A stretch of 33,941 nucleotides of DNA from positions 1 through 33,941 of the forward strand of contig JAHLWZ010000471.1 in NCBI GenBank assembly GCA_020536535.1, read 5' to 3'. This DNA is from Pelomyxa schiedti (lineage: Eukaryota; Protista; Evosea). A model generated the notes under the pieces. It was not told the DNA's origin. It worked only from the letters and a program-made list of their open reading frames with translations, and made no database searches. Positions 20,750-33,796 of this stretch are shown one piece after another; position 1 is the stretch's first letter; every line of letters starts with the position of its first letter. The position numbers and the translations under genes were made by a program.

Positions 20750-21949
20750 ATGGGGTTGACTTCGACGCAAATCTGTGCAGCAGTGAGCGGGAGTCTGTCG
20801 GCCGCCGGTGCGGCAGCCGTTATTGTAATGTGCCTGTTGTGGCGATCTCCGAGGTTGCTGTACTGGCGCATCGTGCTGTTTATGGCAATTTGCGATTTAT
20901 TGGTCTGCGTATCCGTGGTACGTGGGTTTTTTTTTTAAAAGAGTAATCATAAAAAAACCAAGAGATCAATTTCAAATTGAAGCCATAAGAGTAATCATAA
21001 CACAGCTATGGGGACTTGATCCAGATAGAACACAGCGGCAATGCAACATCCAAGGTTTCTGATATCTTTTTCTTTTTTGGAAATAAGAATATTCTATTAT
21101 TTAGAGTTGCTAGATGAATTGAAAGTGTACACCACACAGGTTGGATGAACAATGCTTTCTTCCTTGCGACCTACACGTGGACGTTCATGCTCGCAGTTTG
21201 CCTGGAACGAATCACTGTTGCAAATACAGTATGTTCACTGTAACTCTTATCGTCTGACTCTCAAAACTTCTCCAGGTTCCGGGTGTGTTGTGGGAAATTG
21301 TGTTCCACACTGTTGCTTGGGGTTTGCCGTTTATACTGTCCTCCATTCCTCTGATTCCAGGAATCAATATGGCTTATATCTCGCTCAATTCAAGTTGGTA
21401 AATATCCTACTCCCTACTTTTATTGGCACATTTCCCAGTTTAGGTGCTGGCTGGATGATGCCCTTCCTTACACAAGATGGATTCTATCGGATGCATGGAT
21501 CTGGCTCTTTGTTGTATTGATCATCCTCACATATGCCAAAATTCTGATTTATGTCTGGCCACGAAGAAAAGCACGGGCATATGTTAGGACCATCTCAATA
21601 ACTCGTAACAGTGCAGTTCATCAAGTATTACCGCCGCTGCATCAGGTGCTATTGTATCCACCGATTCTGTTGCTTGTGTGGGTTCCAACATTTGTAAATG
21701 ATATGCTGGCCGGTAATGTGGCTGCACACATGGCGGCACTCCTCCTGCCATCCCAAGGCCTTTGGAACTTTCTAGTTTTCGTTCTCACAGCCCGGTACTT
21801 GCATCTTCCATGTATTTCTATTCCCTCACCATGCACTTAGATTGGACAGAGGAAGTGATGTTTTTTTGCCCAACCAAGCTTCAAAAGGCGTTGTCCAGGC
21901 AGAAAACTTTTCTGTGGTAACTGCAGAGAGCGACTCTTCTGCATCATAA
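20750..21949 (+). CDS. cAMP-receptor-like (CAR/Crl/GCR1-type) 7-TM GPCR
   Basis: Spliced motifs RIVLFMAICDLL, CNIQGWM, FHTVAWGLP, WCWL, LLYPPILLLVWVP and PSQGLWNFLVF; seven hydrophobic segments. Confidence 0.85.
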
Positions 21950-22233
21950 ATATGTTTTTACTATGGAGCCTATGTTGAGGTTATGAAACCACCAAGTAAG
22001 GTTGCAGTGGGAAAAAAATAAAAAGTATCTCAGACAGAGGATTCATCAAATCCATCAGTCTCGTCATTCAAAATTATAAAATAAGTATCATCCTGAACAC
22101 AATACCATCGCCCCACAGCACGAAGAAACTTCCCTCCGCCGCAAATCTGAAACGGATTGTGGGAGAAAATTTCAGCTGCTCCGAAAAACTCTGAGCCCTT
22201 TGATCGGTTTTTTTTTTCATCAAAGTCGAAACG

Positions 22234-24018
22234 ATGGACGTTGAGGAAAGCAAGGCGAGGGCGGTGATGAGCGAGGCCGCACGCACCCACAATTTGGACG
22301 TGTTCGGCCCCGGCGCCATGCTTAGGCGCACGTCGTCCCGTTTTTGCCTGTCCGTGGAGCACGGCGACTACAACGGCACGGAGCTGTTTGGCGTAGGCAC
22401 CGACAGGTTGACTGGCACGTAATTAGTAATTATGGGAGTGAGGGTGGGTTGTGAAGAAAACCAAAACAAAAAAAACCCAAAAAGCAAAACAAAACTGTTT
22501 GTTTATTTGCTTGGTTTTTGGCAAAATCCTCCTAGTGAAGAATAGTTGATGAAGTTGTTGTACTATGGATAACTGATAGCGTATTCTTTCTTTACTTTGA
22601 CACCCTCTTTAAACAGGTTTATATGGGTAGCCTACAAGCCAAACGGCACTCCGGCGAATCATCTATTCAGTGTCAACTTTCCGGATGATGGAGTAGTATC
22701 CTATACATCAGGGAGTGTTCCCGCACCGCACTCGGCAGAGGGAAGGTGGGCTCATTTCCCTTATGGAGTGGATTATATCCTCACCTCTGAGGGCTACCGT
22801 TTGCCTACTGGTATAGATGTAGTTGTCTACGGCAACATACCTGGTGGTGGAATGTCACGTTCTGCTTCCTTGACACTAAATTTGATTCTCGATATTCTTC
22901 AGGTAAATTGATTTATTACCTTCCGATTATTTTAAAATATTTGAGGTTAATGGACTCTCAACCGTCTATGAAACTACTCCAATGAAAATCGTAGATATGT
23001 CTCAGGCAGTGGAGAACAAATACATAGGTCAGCCTTTTCAAGTAGTTGGTTTATATTCACAGCAACAGGCTCTCCCTCTGGCAACCTTGACCAAATAATG
23101 ATTCTCTTTGCCAAAGATGGCCAAGGGACACACTACATACCAAAAACACGAGAAGTACGACATGTCAAATTCGGTGGTTCACATACCTGTTTCAAATTAC
23201 TCGTACTTGACACAGGAACCACTCGACATGGACTGGAGCATTCATCTTACTCTGTACATCTTGTCTCCTCCTCCTCTTGTGTTAAATGTTGTGTAACTCA
23301 GATACGTGCTGCAGAATGCAAACAAATGGTTGCTTTAGCTGGCCCAGAATTTGGAATATCTTCTCTTGCTGATATAAAAACAAAAGAAATGCATGATAGG
23401 TTACTTTACCACTCTCAATTTCCACTCACATTTTGCAGAATTGTAGCTAGATTTGGTACCACTCACCCGCATCTCGTGGAGCGCATGGAATACATCTACC
23501 AAGCACAAGAGAGGTTCTACCTTATGCTCGAAGCGTGGAAAAATGGGGATATTGAAACGGTTGGAAACCTGTTCCGGTTGGATGGAATAGGTTTGGAACC
23601 AGTTTACAGCTGTGAAATCCACTAAGAACACCTCAGGACTCCGTGATCTTTATAGAATATCCGGACCAGAACTGGAGACAATGTGTGACATTGTGAGGGC
23701 AGTTCCAGGTGTTATGGGAGAAAGAATGCTCGGCGGTGGTGATAAGGTATTAATGCCTTCCCCGCCTAAAAATACACCTCCTTCTCCGGAATCCCACCCA
23801 CTAAATTCTATCAAACCCCACAATTCATTGCTGCCTATCTCACCATCCCTTCATCCCAGGGTGCATCCGGACTGCTATGTAGGCCCGACGCCGTGCCATG
23901 GGTAATGGCTGCTGTAAAAACAGCATACCCTCGAAGTCGCCCAGACTATTCTACGAAATACGCTGTTCATGACTGCAGCATGGTCGAAGGAATCAAGATG
24001 CTTTCACCACTGTCTTGA
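22234..24018 (+). CDS. Galactokinase-family (GHMP) sugar kinase, atypical subtype
   Basis: Multi-exon gene. SRFCLSVEHGDYNG (cf. GRVNLIGEHTDY), GNIPGGGMSRSAS (ATP loop), ENKYIGSPSGNLDQ, LRDLYRISGPELE, GERMLGGGDKGA. Confidence 0.85.
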
Positions 24019-24588
24019 ACAAAGGGAAAAAAATAGGACACATAAGCAGCAAAGCAATCATTGTGGGACTTTGGCTTGTTTTGGGGTTTTTTGACACAGC
24101 TAACAATTTGGAACACAGAGAAAACCCAGTGTGATCTCGTAAACCTTATTGGTTGATTGAGGAGGACCGGCCTTTCTTTTATTTTTACCAGTTGTGTGTT
24201 GCCTCGGTAAACACATTACCGAGAAATCGGTGGTAAAGACGAAAGGCCCTTTTCGTCTGATTGTGCCGACGGTGATTTTTGCACCTCCTGCATGAGATAG
24301 GAAGGAGAAAAATTGAAAAAAACAGTGAAAAGCCGGCTGTTGTGTCAAGTGTTTCTGCTCCGAACAAATCAACTCAAACAACCAGCGCGAAATCAAACAC
24401 GCTTAAAAAAAAACCAACTAAACCCTTGGCCCGTGAACATCGTTTCCGCATTGGTCGCTCCAGCTCTCTGCGTCCCGCAGTCGTTTCGGCAACAAACCCC
24501 ACACCCCCCGAGATCTCACAACAACAAACAGCAAACACACACAACCGCCAACAAAGCAAACAAAAAGCGATACTAACAAGGCAAGGAA

Positions 24589-26445
24589 ATGAGTACCGCG
24601 CACCACGACCACCACCCGTCCACAAACAACGGACACTCAAATCACCACCACCACAAGCGAGGCGCGGCGTCTACTTCATCGGTTCTGTCTTCCACTGGCT
24701 CCGTATCGCATAAGACGTCGCCTTCCACGGCCACTGCCGCAAACCTTGACGACGATTCTCCCGAAGAATCCGAACCCACCCCAACCACCACTGCCACCAC
24801 TACCACTCCCAGCACTGCTAGTAACACCAGCCCGCGTAATAATTCTGGTCCAGCCAAGCTGTCTGCTTCTTATTCCTTTACAGCCACGAGTAGCGGAGCT
24901 GAGCATGCTGGTACCACCACTACAACCACAACTACTTCGGCCGTCATGGCGTCTGCTGCATCAGGTAGTACTGTTCTGGGACCTGACTACTTCCACATTG
25001 TTACGAAATTCTACCTGGGGTTACCTGATTCTAAAATAGAACCCACAAAAGGCATAAGGTTCAGTACTCACGTAACAACTTTTACTTTTTTCCTAAGTTT
25101 AAACAGCCGCGCGGAATACCTTTCGGAACCAGTTGAGCTACCCATGCTATGTGGGCGTTCTGTGTCAACCTATCCTATTGTTCCAGTAGGTTCTAGTGGG
25201 TTGAAAGCGCGTGATGGAGAACCGAACGCAGGTTCCTATTTCTTTTTTCCCCCTTTTGCATCAACTTACTGTTGTACAAAGATAGCTTTAGTGCAATATT
25301 GTATGAAAATAGGGCACTCATTGCAATAGCTGATGGGTGTAATTGGGGTGAAAAATCCCAGAAGGCAGCAAGAAATGCTATTGAGGGTGTCATGGAGTAT
25401 ATTCCTGGAAGAACTGAAAGCGTGACAGATTTACGAGTTTCGCCTTTGTGCTTTGGCATTTATTCTCATAAATAGTACAGGAGATTGGAAGAAGACTTCT
25501 TCGCGCAATATGCGAGGCAAATACGAAGATCCTTTCAAATGCAACGCACATGTGGGACGCGGGAACAACGACATTATTGCTGTGCTTCATGATACCAGTT
25601 TGTTCCTTCTCCTTTTTGCTTTTTCTCTCACCAAGGTAGTTGGCAGACACATCGGATTGGGGAGCTGTAATCGCTAGTGTCGGGGATTGCAAAGCATTTC
25701 ACTGGAATTTTGCTACACATGAAGTTTTGGATATAACAAGTGGCAATCGGTTGGAACTCTCAATCTCAAGCTTCTTTTTAATCTCCCACCTCAGCTGCGT
25801 TGATTTGCGTGATCCAGGTGGTCGCTTGGGACCCTACGTCGGTCAAGGTAGCCCCGATTTACGCAATTTACAGTTGTATTATCACGTCTGCAAGCCTGGT
25901 GATGTTGTGATGCTTGTAACTGACGGTAAATGATATGCTTTCTTCACATGTATCTAACATAAGTAGGTATATACGACAACTTTGATCCCGTTCAACTTGG
26001 GAACACGCCCAGAGACATGGGTATTGATGCCAATGCATGGCCACAGGTTCCAAAACCTGTTGTGGAAACTACCAAGAAGGCATTCCTAGCCAAGTTTATA
26101 AATGCACGTTTTCCTGCAGTTTCACTGCTAATCTATGAAACTTACTCCAAAAAGGACCTTTACAGCACTCATCCTGTCACCCCCGCTTCAATGGTCAATG
26201 TGGCAGTTGACCATGCAATTGTTACAACAACTCCCACACGAGACTTTATGGAAGCAAATCCAGGACAAAAACAACCTTCAGACTACAAGAAATATCCCGG
26301 AAAAATGGTTTGTTCAATCCCAATTTCTATCCTTGTGCTGAGATTCTTTTTTCAGGACCACACAACAGCAGTGGCGTACCGAGTTGGGCCTGTAGATTTT
26401 TCTGAGGTTGTTGGCGGAAAACGGGTGCCTGTGGCAAATTCGTGA
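24589..26445 (+). CDS. PP2C-like (PPM-type) phosphatase-domain protein with low-complexity N-terminus
   Basis: Spliced motifs AIADGCNWG, SVGDCKAF, DPGGRLGP, LVTDGIYDNFDP and PGKMDHTT; His/Thr/Ser-rich N-terminal region. Confidence 0.85.
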
Positions 26446-26605
26446 TAAATGTAGTTTACAAAATGAGAGTTTTTGTTTGTTTTGTTATTTGCCTTTTTCT
26501 TCCCAAGTACAAAAGCCAAAGTGATAATAATAAATTACAACTCTGTTTTTCAAAAATTTAGTTGGTGCCGGAGGCACAGGTAGTGAAAGGGCCGAAAAAA
26601 TCGTT

Positions 26606-29600
26606 TTAGGCTCCATCGTTGGTTGTTGGACAACCATAGGGAGGCACCTCGGCACTTGTTGAACCAACAGAAACAGTGATGGACTGGGCATAGTCATCTG
26701 TTTCAACAGGCTCGGCTGTCGAGGCATACATACTGCTTTCTTCCTGTAAATTTGTGGTTGGAATTCTGAAGATACCAGGAGAGTGGGAAATTGTGGTTAC
26801 CACTGGTACGAAGGAGGAGTCTTGGGCAACTTCCATCGGAATGTTGAGTTCTGGAACTGGCTCCTTCTTCTTCTTTCTTCGGGAGAGTGAGCCAACTTGA
26901 AAGAACAAGCTAAATAGCAATGGGAGAGTACCGGAAATAGATTCCTGCACAAACTGCGGCTCCAGTGACAGCTCCTGCACCAAGAATACAAGCTGCAATA
27001 ACTCCTATCATAGTTCCTTTGGATGTGGAGCCATTCTCTTTGGATGTGGTGAGTTTTATTACAGTGGAAGAACAAGGAATACTTGAAAATCGAACTCTGT
27101 AAAGGTTGGATGCCGGATTGGGGTTATTCCCTGCATCGTACACAGCTCCTGGTGGCAGCTTGATCGTGCAATTTGGCGACGAATTGTTGCGCAGCATGTT
27201 TACAACATATCTGGCTCCATGGCCAGATATCCACTCTGGACCACAACCAACAGAGATGATATCACTCAAAATAAGCCCAAAAACGGTTTCGGAACAGGTA
27301 ATGTCCACCTCAAATTCATCTGACAGCGGCTCTTCTTTGGAATCTCCAGAGATTGTACAATTGGGTGGTATAGAGTCCACGTAACTAAAAACAGGGGCAC
27401 TTCCTGAAAGGCCGTCCACAGTAACGTCAACAGTAAGATTTGCTCCCGAGCCAGCAACAATTGAACATTCGATTGCTACGTGCTCCGTCACTAAAGTGAC
27501 CCCTGTGCATTGAATTCCTCCTATATTTACAGATATTTTCGATACGTCGTTGCCGAAGTTATCCCCTTCAATATGTGTGACTCCACCGCCGAAATCCGTG
27601 CAGGAAGCGTAGTGCACAACGGGATCTGTTACACATATCAGTTGGCACAGCCGTTGGTGATTTGAGAGGAAATTGGGCATACTCAAGTAGCTGAAAATCA
27701 TAGTTGCCGCAGAAGATTGATTTGCAACTATTACTTGTGTCACTTTGGAGGCTCCAGTGCCTGGGCCTATCGTGAAGGCAATTTGGGAGTGGGCAACCGA
27801 AACGAGGGCACCACTGTATTCTACGCCACTAACTTTAACTGTTGCAGCAGTTCCCTAAAAATAGATAAGTTCAAACAAAACGTGGTGTGTGAGTCAAACC
27901 TGAGGACCAAAGTCTGTGCCATACAATGTGACCAGACCGCCACTGGTACCAGCAGAAGAAGCTGAGAATAACACAGGCGCTGATAGGAGTTATTTTCTTT
28001 CAAGGGAGAGGAGGTATTCGTACCCTCATAGCTAAATCCAGTAGCAAATGAGCAGACTTGCCCTCCAACACTCAAAGATACTGGAAGTGTTTTGCCAACG
28101 CCCTCGCTGACAGAACAGTTTAATTGGGTGTGCTCCTGAACATAACGAAGCTTGCTACACGGTTTACCGCCAATTTGAACTGACACAGCGTCGATGGAGG
28201 CGGCGAAGTTCGTGCCGGAAATAATTGTAAAGCCGCCAGATGTTGGTGTTGAGGTAACGGCCGAGATTGTGGGACCTGCTCTATGTTAAAATCACGGAAA
28301 CAGAAATTCAAAAGCGTACCTGCATAGGGGAAGGAAACACCATCACTCACTAGACCATCAACTGACATTACCATCGGAGAGGAAGTCCCATAACCAGCGG
28401 GAGCAGTGCACGACAGTTTGTTGTGTGCAGAGAGCATAAGGACACTTTGACACGGGAGCCCATTGATAGAGACTATGGGAGTGGGTGTTCCAGGGCCGAA
28501 ATTAGATCCAGCAATGATGGAGGTGCCTCCAGGTGTTCCAACTTGAGAACTCGAGGAGATGGATGGCGCAAGGTAACTCATTGGGGTAATTGCAGGTGTG
28601 TTACCAGCGACAACAACACTCAAAGTAGGCAGACCAGTCCCACTTGGTGCAGTGCACGTTATAGCTAAAAGAAAGATTAGAAGAACAAAATCCGCAGGGT
28701 ATCATTCTTACATGAGTGTGCAGTAAAACTCGTGATGGGGCACTGAACACTGCCAACTTTAACTTGTACCTCAGTAAACAAAGCCCCAAAATTTTCTCCA
28801 GTAATTTCAATGGCCCCACCCGCAGTAGAAGGATTGCTAACACTGGAAACAGAAGGTCCTAAAAACCGGAAAGTGAGTGTGAGGGTGTATATGCTCTTCC
28901 CAGACCTTGGTAGCTGAAAATGGAAGCAGAGGCATATTTTCCCCCGGGACAAGGAGTTTGAACTTCTATAACCTGATTGACTCCTTGGCCTGGGGAGACC
29001 TGGCAGGAAATAGTCGTATGGGCAACAGTATAAGGATTTGCACAAGTAACTCCGCCAACAGTAACACAGGATATCGTTCCCGTGGGCCCGAAGCTGGATC
29101 CAGTTATTATTATGGCTCCACCACTGGTTGAGGGCTTGGAGCACGAATAGATACTGGGAGCTGCAGAGATGTAAACAACTGCTTAAAGAATATAAAGGAA
29201 CACACATGAATAAGACCACATTGCAGAGTTGGAAACTTGACCAGCAATGGTAACAGAGATTGTGTGGTTGTGAGCTATTCCAAATTAACATGGAAAAACC
29301 CGAAATAAAGTCGGTACAATACCAAGGTCATCTTGGATAGCCGCAGCAGGGAAGTTGCAACTGAGGAGGGTTTGTGATAATACAACAGGGGAAGTGCAAG
29401 ATGATCCATCAATTGTGACAGAAACGTCGTAACTCCCACCAGGACCAAATTCACCACCCTAAAAGTGTCCTGGTCAACAATACATACATTCTCACCAACG
29501 AGGAACACTTACCATAATAAGTCCAGAAGATCCACCCTCGGATGGACATGAAGCACCAGAAACAACGGGCGCTGTTAAGTGGTGAGAAGGACGTTGGGAG

Positions 29601-32600
29601 TCTGAGGCCCTCATACGTTTATATGCGCCAAAGCCAGTGCCCTGAAGCCCACCATCAACAGCCATTGAGATGGGAATTCCGGTGCCCACACCAGCACCAG
29701 CATTGCAAGAAATTTGCACGTGCGCTTGCACCACGCGTGCGTCGCTGCATGTAACCCCATTGAAAGTGACAACAACGGAGGACAAAAGAGGGCCAAAATT
29801 GGTTCCCAGTATGGTGACAGTGCCTCCAGCTGCTTCCACTGCTGAGGCAGAATTTATCACAGGAGCTGCATGTATTTTTGTTCACGGTTAGCGCTTTAGC
29901 GAAATAAGAGCAGCGTACCATGATAACACATCGTGAATGGAGTGACACTTTCAATTCCATTGATAATTACGGAGATATAATGGTAGCCAGTCCCGGGAGG
30001 GAAAGTCACAGAGAGGGTGGTGTCAGATAGCCACGTTGCGGAAAGAACTGTAGTGTCAGAGTCGTAAATCACACTGATTTGATAAGCTCCACCAGGGCCG
30101 AAGTTTTCTCCCTGATTTCTTCATCAGTGGGGGATAATGATTGATGTTGTTATGTATTTTCAAACCGTGATTGTGACAGGGAAATCGCCAGCGGTTGGAG
30201 GTGATTCAATGGAGGAAATACGAGGAGCTAAAGTTGGATTATTATGTCAATTGGCAGGAAGGAGTTTCATAGTCAGATCAAGAAGTCATACCTTGATAAG
30301 AAAAAAGACCTGAACCAGACTTTGATCCCACTGTAACAATCACAGGCAAGTCAGCACCAGTCCCAGTTCCAAAGTAGCAGGTTATGCTGGTGTGGGAAAC
30401 CACCACTGGATCGGTGCACTCCTGTCCTTCAATTGTCACGGAAGCAACTGTTCCCGAGGGTCCAAAATTTAGCCCAGTGATTGTAATCTGACCCCCAGAG
30501 GTGGGGATCGAGGATACTGTTGTGACTTGGGGTGCTGAAGAAGCAGAGGTTATATAAATAACGGACACAGGAGTGGTGGCAGAGCATACCATCGTACGTA
30601 AAATCGAAAGAACTGCCGGTATTTCCATCAACCACAGGGATGACAGTGTGGGTTCCTTGGCAAAACAAATCAGATTAATGAGAAATTACTTGTATTTTTA
30701 CCCATATTCGTTGCTGTTGGGATTGGGCACCATATAGTTGTTTGAGATCCCCACAGACAATTTTGCTGAGTTCCATCAAATAGAATGAAGACTTGGTAAG
30801 AGCCACCAGGTCCAAAGTTTGTACCCTTTTTTTTTGGAGAAAACATTAGAAAGCGGAGCAAAAAAGCTGTATTTGAAGAGGAAACCTGTATTAGTGCTGA
30901 TGCCGACCCCGTACTTGGAGACGAGAAGGAAATAATCGAAGGAGGTTGATATGAAAATAGAGAAGCACTGGATTGCTGTCCGCCAGAAGCAGGAACATCC
31001 AGAACAACTGACTTCCCAGTTCCCACTCCAGCAGCCACGGTACACGTAATTTGAGTATGGGCCACAACTGAAGGGTCTGTGCACTCGTTCCCATCCACAA
31101 GAATATGAACCAATGTCCCAGAAGGACCAAAATTCTGACCCGTGATTGTGATAGCTCCTCCAGTAGTTTGAGGACTGCTCACAGTAGAAATGACAGGCAC
31201 TGTTTTATGTTCAGTGTTAGGGCACCTCGTATCCGCCAATAATGATACAAGTTGAATCAAATTCCATTTCATTTAATTAAGAGTTAGAACAGAACAAACC
31301 CGAATAAGCAAATGTATAAACGTTGCTGGTCAATCCGTCGACGGTTACTTGAATGGAAGCGAAGCCACTTCCAGGAGGAATTGTGATTGACATCTCAGTC
31401 TGCGAAACCCACGAGACTGTTGTCGAGAACCCATTCACGGTCGCTGCTATCAGGTACGGCGACGGCGGCCCGCCTCCAAAGTTGCTCCCCTAATTGCGCT
31501 CATTCGTGCGTACTTTCATGAGCCAAACAACAAAAATACCTGGACCTGTGCTGTGCCTCCTGTTGTAGGAATCGATGGAATTGATGAAATCACGGGATCT
31601 GGTGATGAGAAGGTGAGAGTGATGGAGATTTCTCCACTTGAGTTGATCGATACCTGCGTATGAGAACACGGTGTTCGCCAGACTCGTGTAGATGTCGCAA
31701 GTGATTTTCATGTCATGCCCGGCCCCAGTCCCTCCCTGAACAGATTTTTATTGGAATCCGACAGTTTTTTTTGATTCGTCGAAGTACACACAGGTGCCTC
31801 GCACGTCATCGATGTTGTTGACAAAAACGTGGGACTGGAACAAGTGGCTCCGTCAAGTGTTGCCGTGCACCCGCTGAAGTAATAGTTCCCCGTGATGGTA
31901 ACCAATCCGCCAGTTGTGGGAGGCCTCGTAACACTGGTGACAACGGGCCCTAGAATGTTCGTGAATTAGTATGTTAAGCTTGATATGACTGTCATACAAT
32001 TTACACCCTGAACTGAGATGGTATCAACGCCCCAAAGAGCGTAGTCAATGGTGAGATCAAGTCCGCCGTGCTGGTACCACCTGAAGTTCATCTGCGTTGC
32101 AGTTCCAACAGTCACAGAGTAATCGTAGCTGCTCCAGCCTCCCATGCGCGGATAGCTGTCGATCACAGACCAGCCTGCCGAGTCCTTCTGGACCTCGAAC
32201 TGTGGGTAATTGCTGGTCCAGTCCGGGCCGCTGCAAGTCCAGACGAACCTCCAGCTGCTGTCACCAACCCTGAGGCTGAACCTCACCCGCATGACATCAT
32301 AAGGGCTCACATCGACTGCCTGAGAAGATATGTAGCGGTCTCCACTGGCCCCCTGGAAGTAGCATGCTCCTCCGGATGGCGAATTTCCGCATCTGTCCTC
32401 GTATCCTCCGATGTACAGGTGTGACCATCCACTGTGGTAAGAGATAACAAAGGAACGCGTGAGAATAAACGAATATGAATCCGTGACTAAAACGCAAAGA
32501 GCTGTAGAATATAAATGTATGTATTCACTTCTAAAGCGAACAATAAACGTGACTAACCTCCATTTAGCTGCCGTAAAGCTGGACGAACAGTCCTCTGTAA

Positions 32601-32664
32601 ATGGGGCAATTGTAGCAGCACCCATACTGAACAGGAAACATAAATACCACCAAACAAGGTTCAT
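26606..32664 (-). CDS. Large type-I surface protein: signal peptide, reelin-like domain, about 14 IPT/TIG repeats, bacterial Ig-like domain, TM, cytosolic tail (Tgr-like)
   Basis: Starts MNLVWWYLCFLFSMG. Repeated P.I.S..S.PT.GG.ITITG.NFG..C..G.G..FSY units run across many exons. TM MIGVIAACILGAGAVTGAAVCAGIYF is followed by RKKKK; stop at 26606. Confidence 0.88.
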
Positions 32665-32919
32665 CCTTCGCACTGACTCCTCAATAAAAGGCCTGTGTCC
32701 GTACTGAGCCGCCTTGGTTTTTGTGTATTTTTTGGGAGCGATTCTGGGCCAACGCTTTCCTTTTTTTAACTGTACCAAAGATGCATGCCTGCAGCTTGTC
32801 TCTATTTGTCCAAAACATAAACCCAATCTTTGTACACAGACATCAAATAAATCGGGAAAATTTAGGCGCATTTGCTTTTGATGGGGATTGCAATTTAACC
32901 ACTCCGAATGTGGCGAGGT

Positions 32920-33019
32920 NNNNNNNNNNNNNNNNNNNNNNNNNNNNNNNNNNNNNNNNNNNNNNNNNNNNNNNNNNNNNNNNNNNNNNNNNNNNNNNNN
33001 NNNNNNNNNNNNNNNNNNN
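32920..33019. other. Assembly gap (100 N)
   Basis: Run of exactly 100 N, a typical placeholder for a gap of unknown size. Confidence 0.99.
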
Positions 33020-33688
33020 GGGCGTGTGGACCCACGAGCAGGCGATGAACCTGACGTGGTACCACAACTCAACTTACTGCACCGCCGATACGTTCCGCCT
33101 GGCCGCGTCGTCGTGGGAGGCCGCGTGCGGGGTGAAGTTCGTCCAGGTGTTCGACCCCAGAGAGGCCCTCTTCCAAGTCGTGGACGCGGGGGAGAAGGAA
33201 GAGCAGGACAAGCGCCTGGCCAACGTAATCGCGTTCGCCTTCTTCCCGAAGGATCTGCCGCCCCACCGCGTAGTGTGCATGGCTTTGATGACACAGTCGC
33301 CTAAGATGGCCGTAGCGGTGCTGAGGCACGAGCTGGGCCACGTGCTGGGATGGAGGCACGAGCACATGTGGGAAAACTCTGAAGAACTCGCAGCAAAACT
33401 GTGAGTGTGTTTGGTGTTTGGTGTGTGGTGTGTGTCTATCAGTAATTTCTGTGCACTCTGAGATTACCAATATAATAAACTGATTCTAAAGTTAAATCCC
33501 AACATAGGAGGTTCTCAGATGGAAGCCGTGAGCTACCTGACGCGAATTGCTACCAGCTGACAGAGTACGATAGGGTGTCGATCATGAACTATCTGAAGCT
33601 ATGGCAAGACAGTGCAGCTGGAATTGTCACGGACCTCAGCGCGAACGACATCCTGGGCAGTAGAATCGTTTACCCAAAAAAATCATAG
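33020..33688 (+). CDS. Metzincin protease copy A' (5' end lost in the gap)
   Basis: Near-identical to 5627-6289, including the intron (33401-33507); HELGHVLGWRHEH and SIMNY present. Confidence 0.85.
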
Positions 33689-33796
33689 CCATCGCCACTT
33701 CCCAGCACCTAATGTCCCCCTTTAACGGACTTGACACAAATCTTAATATTTTTCAAAACACCGAAGAACTTTACTAGAAATTGAAAAAACCAACCA

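Noticed and set aside
24100-24713. ORFs upstream of and overlapping the PP2C-like start
   Set aside because: A/C-rich 5' leader composition with no domain signal.
31966-33404. Long ORFs (442 aa minus, 227 aa plus) spanning the N run
   Set aside because: Artefacts of translating through the gap; they join unrelated sequence.
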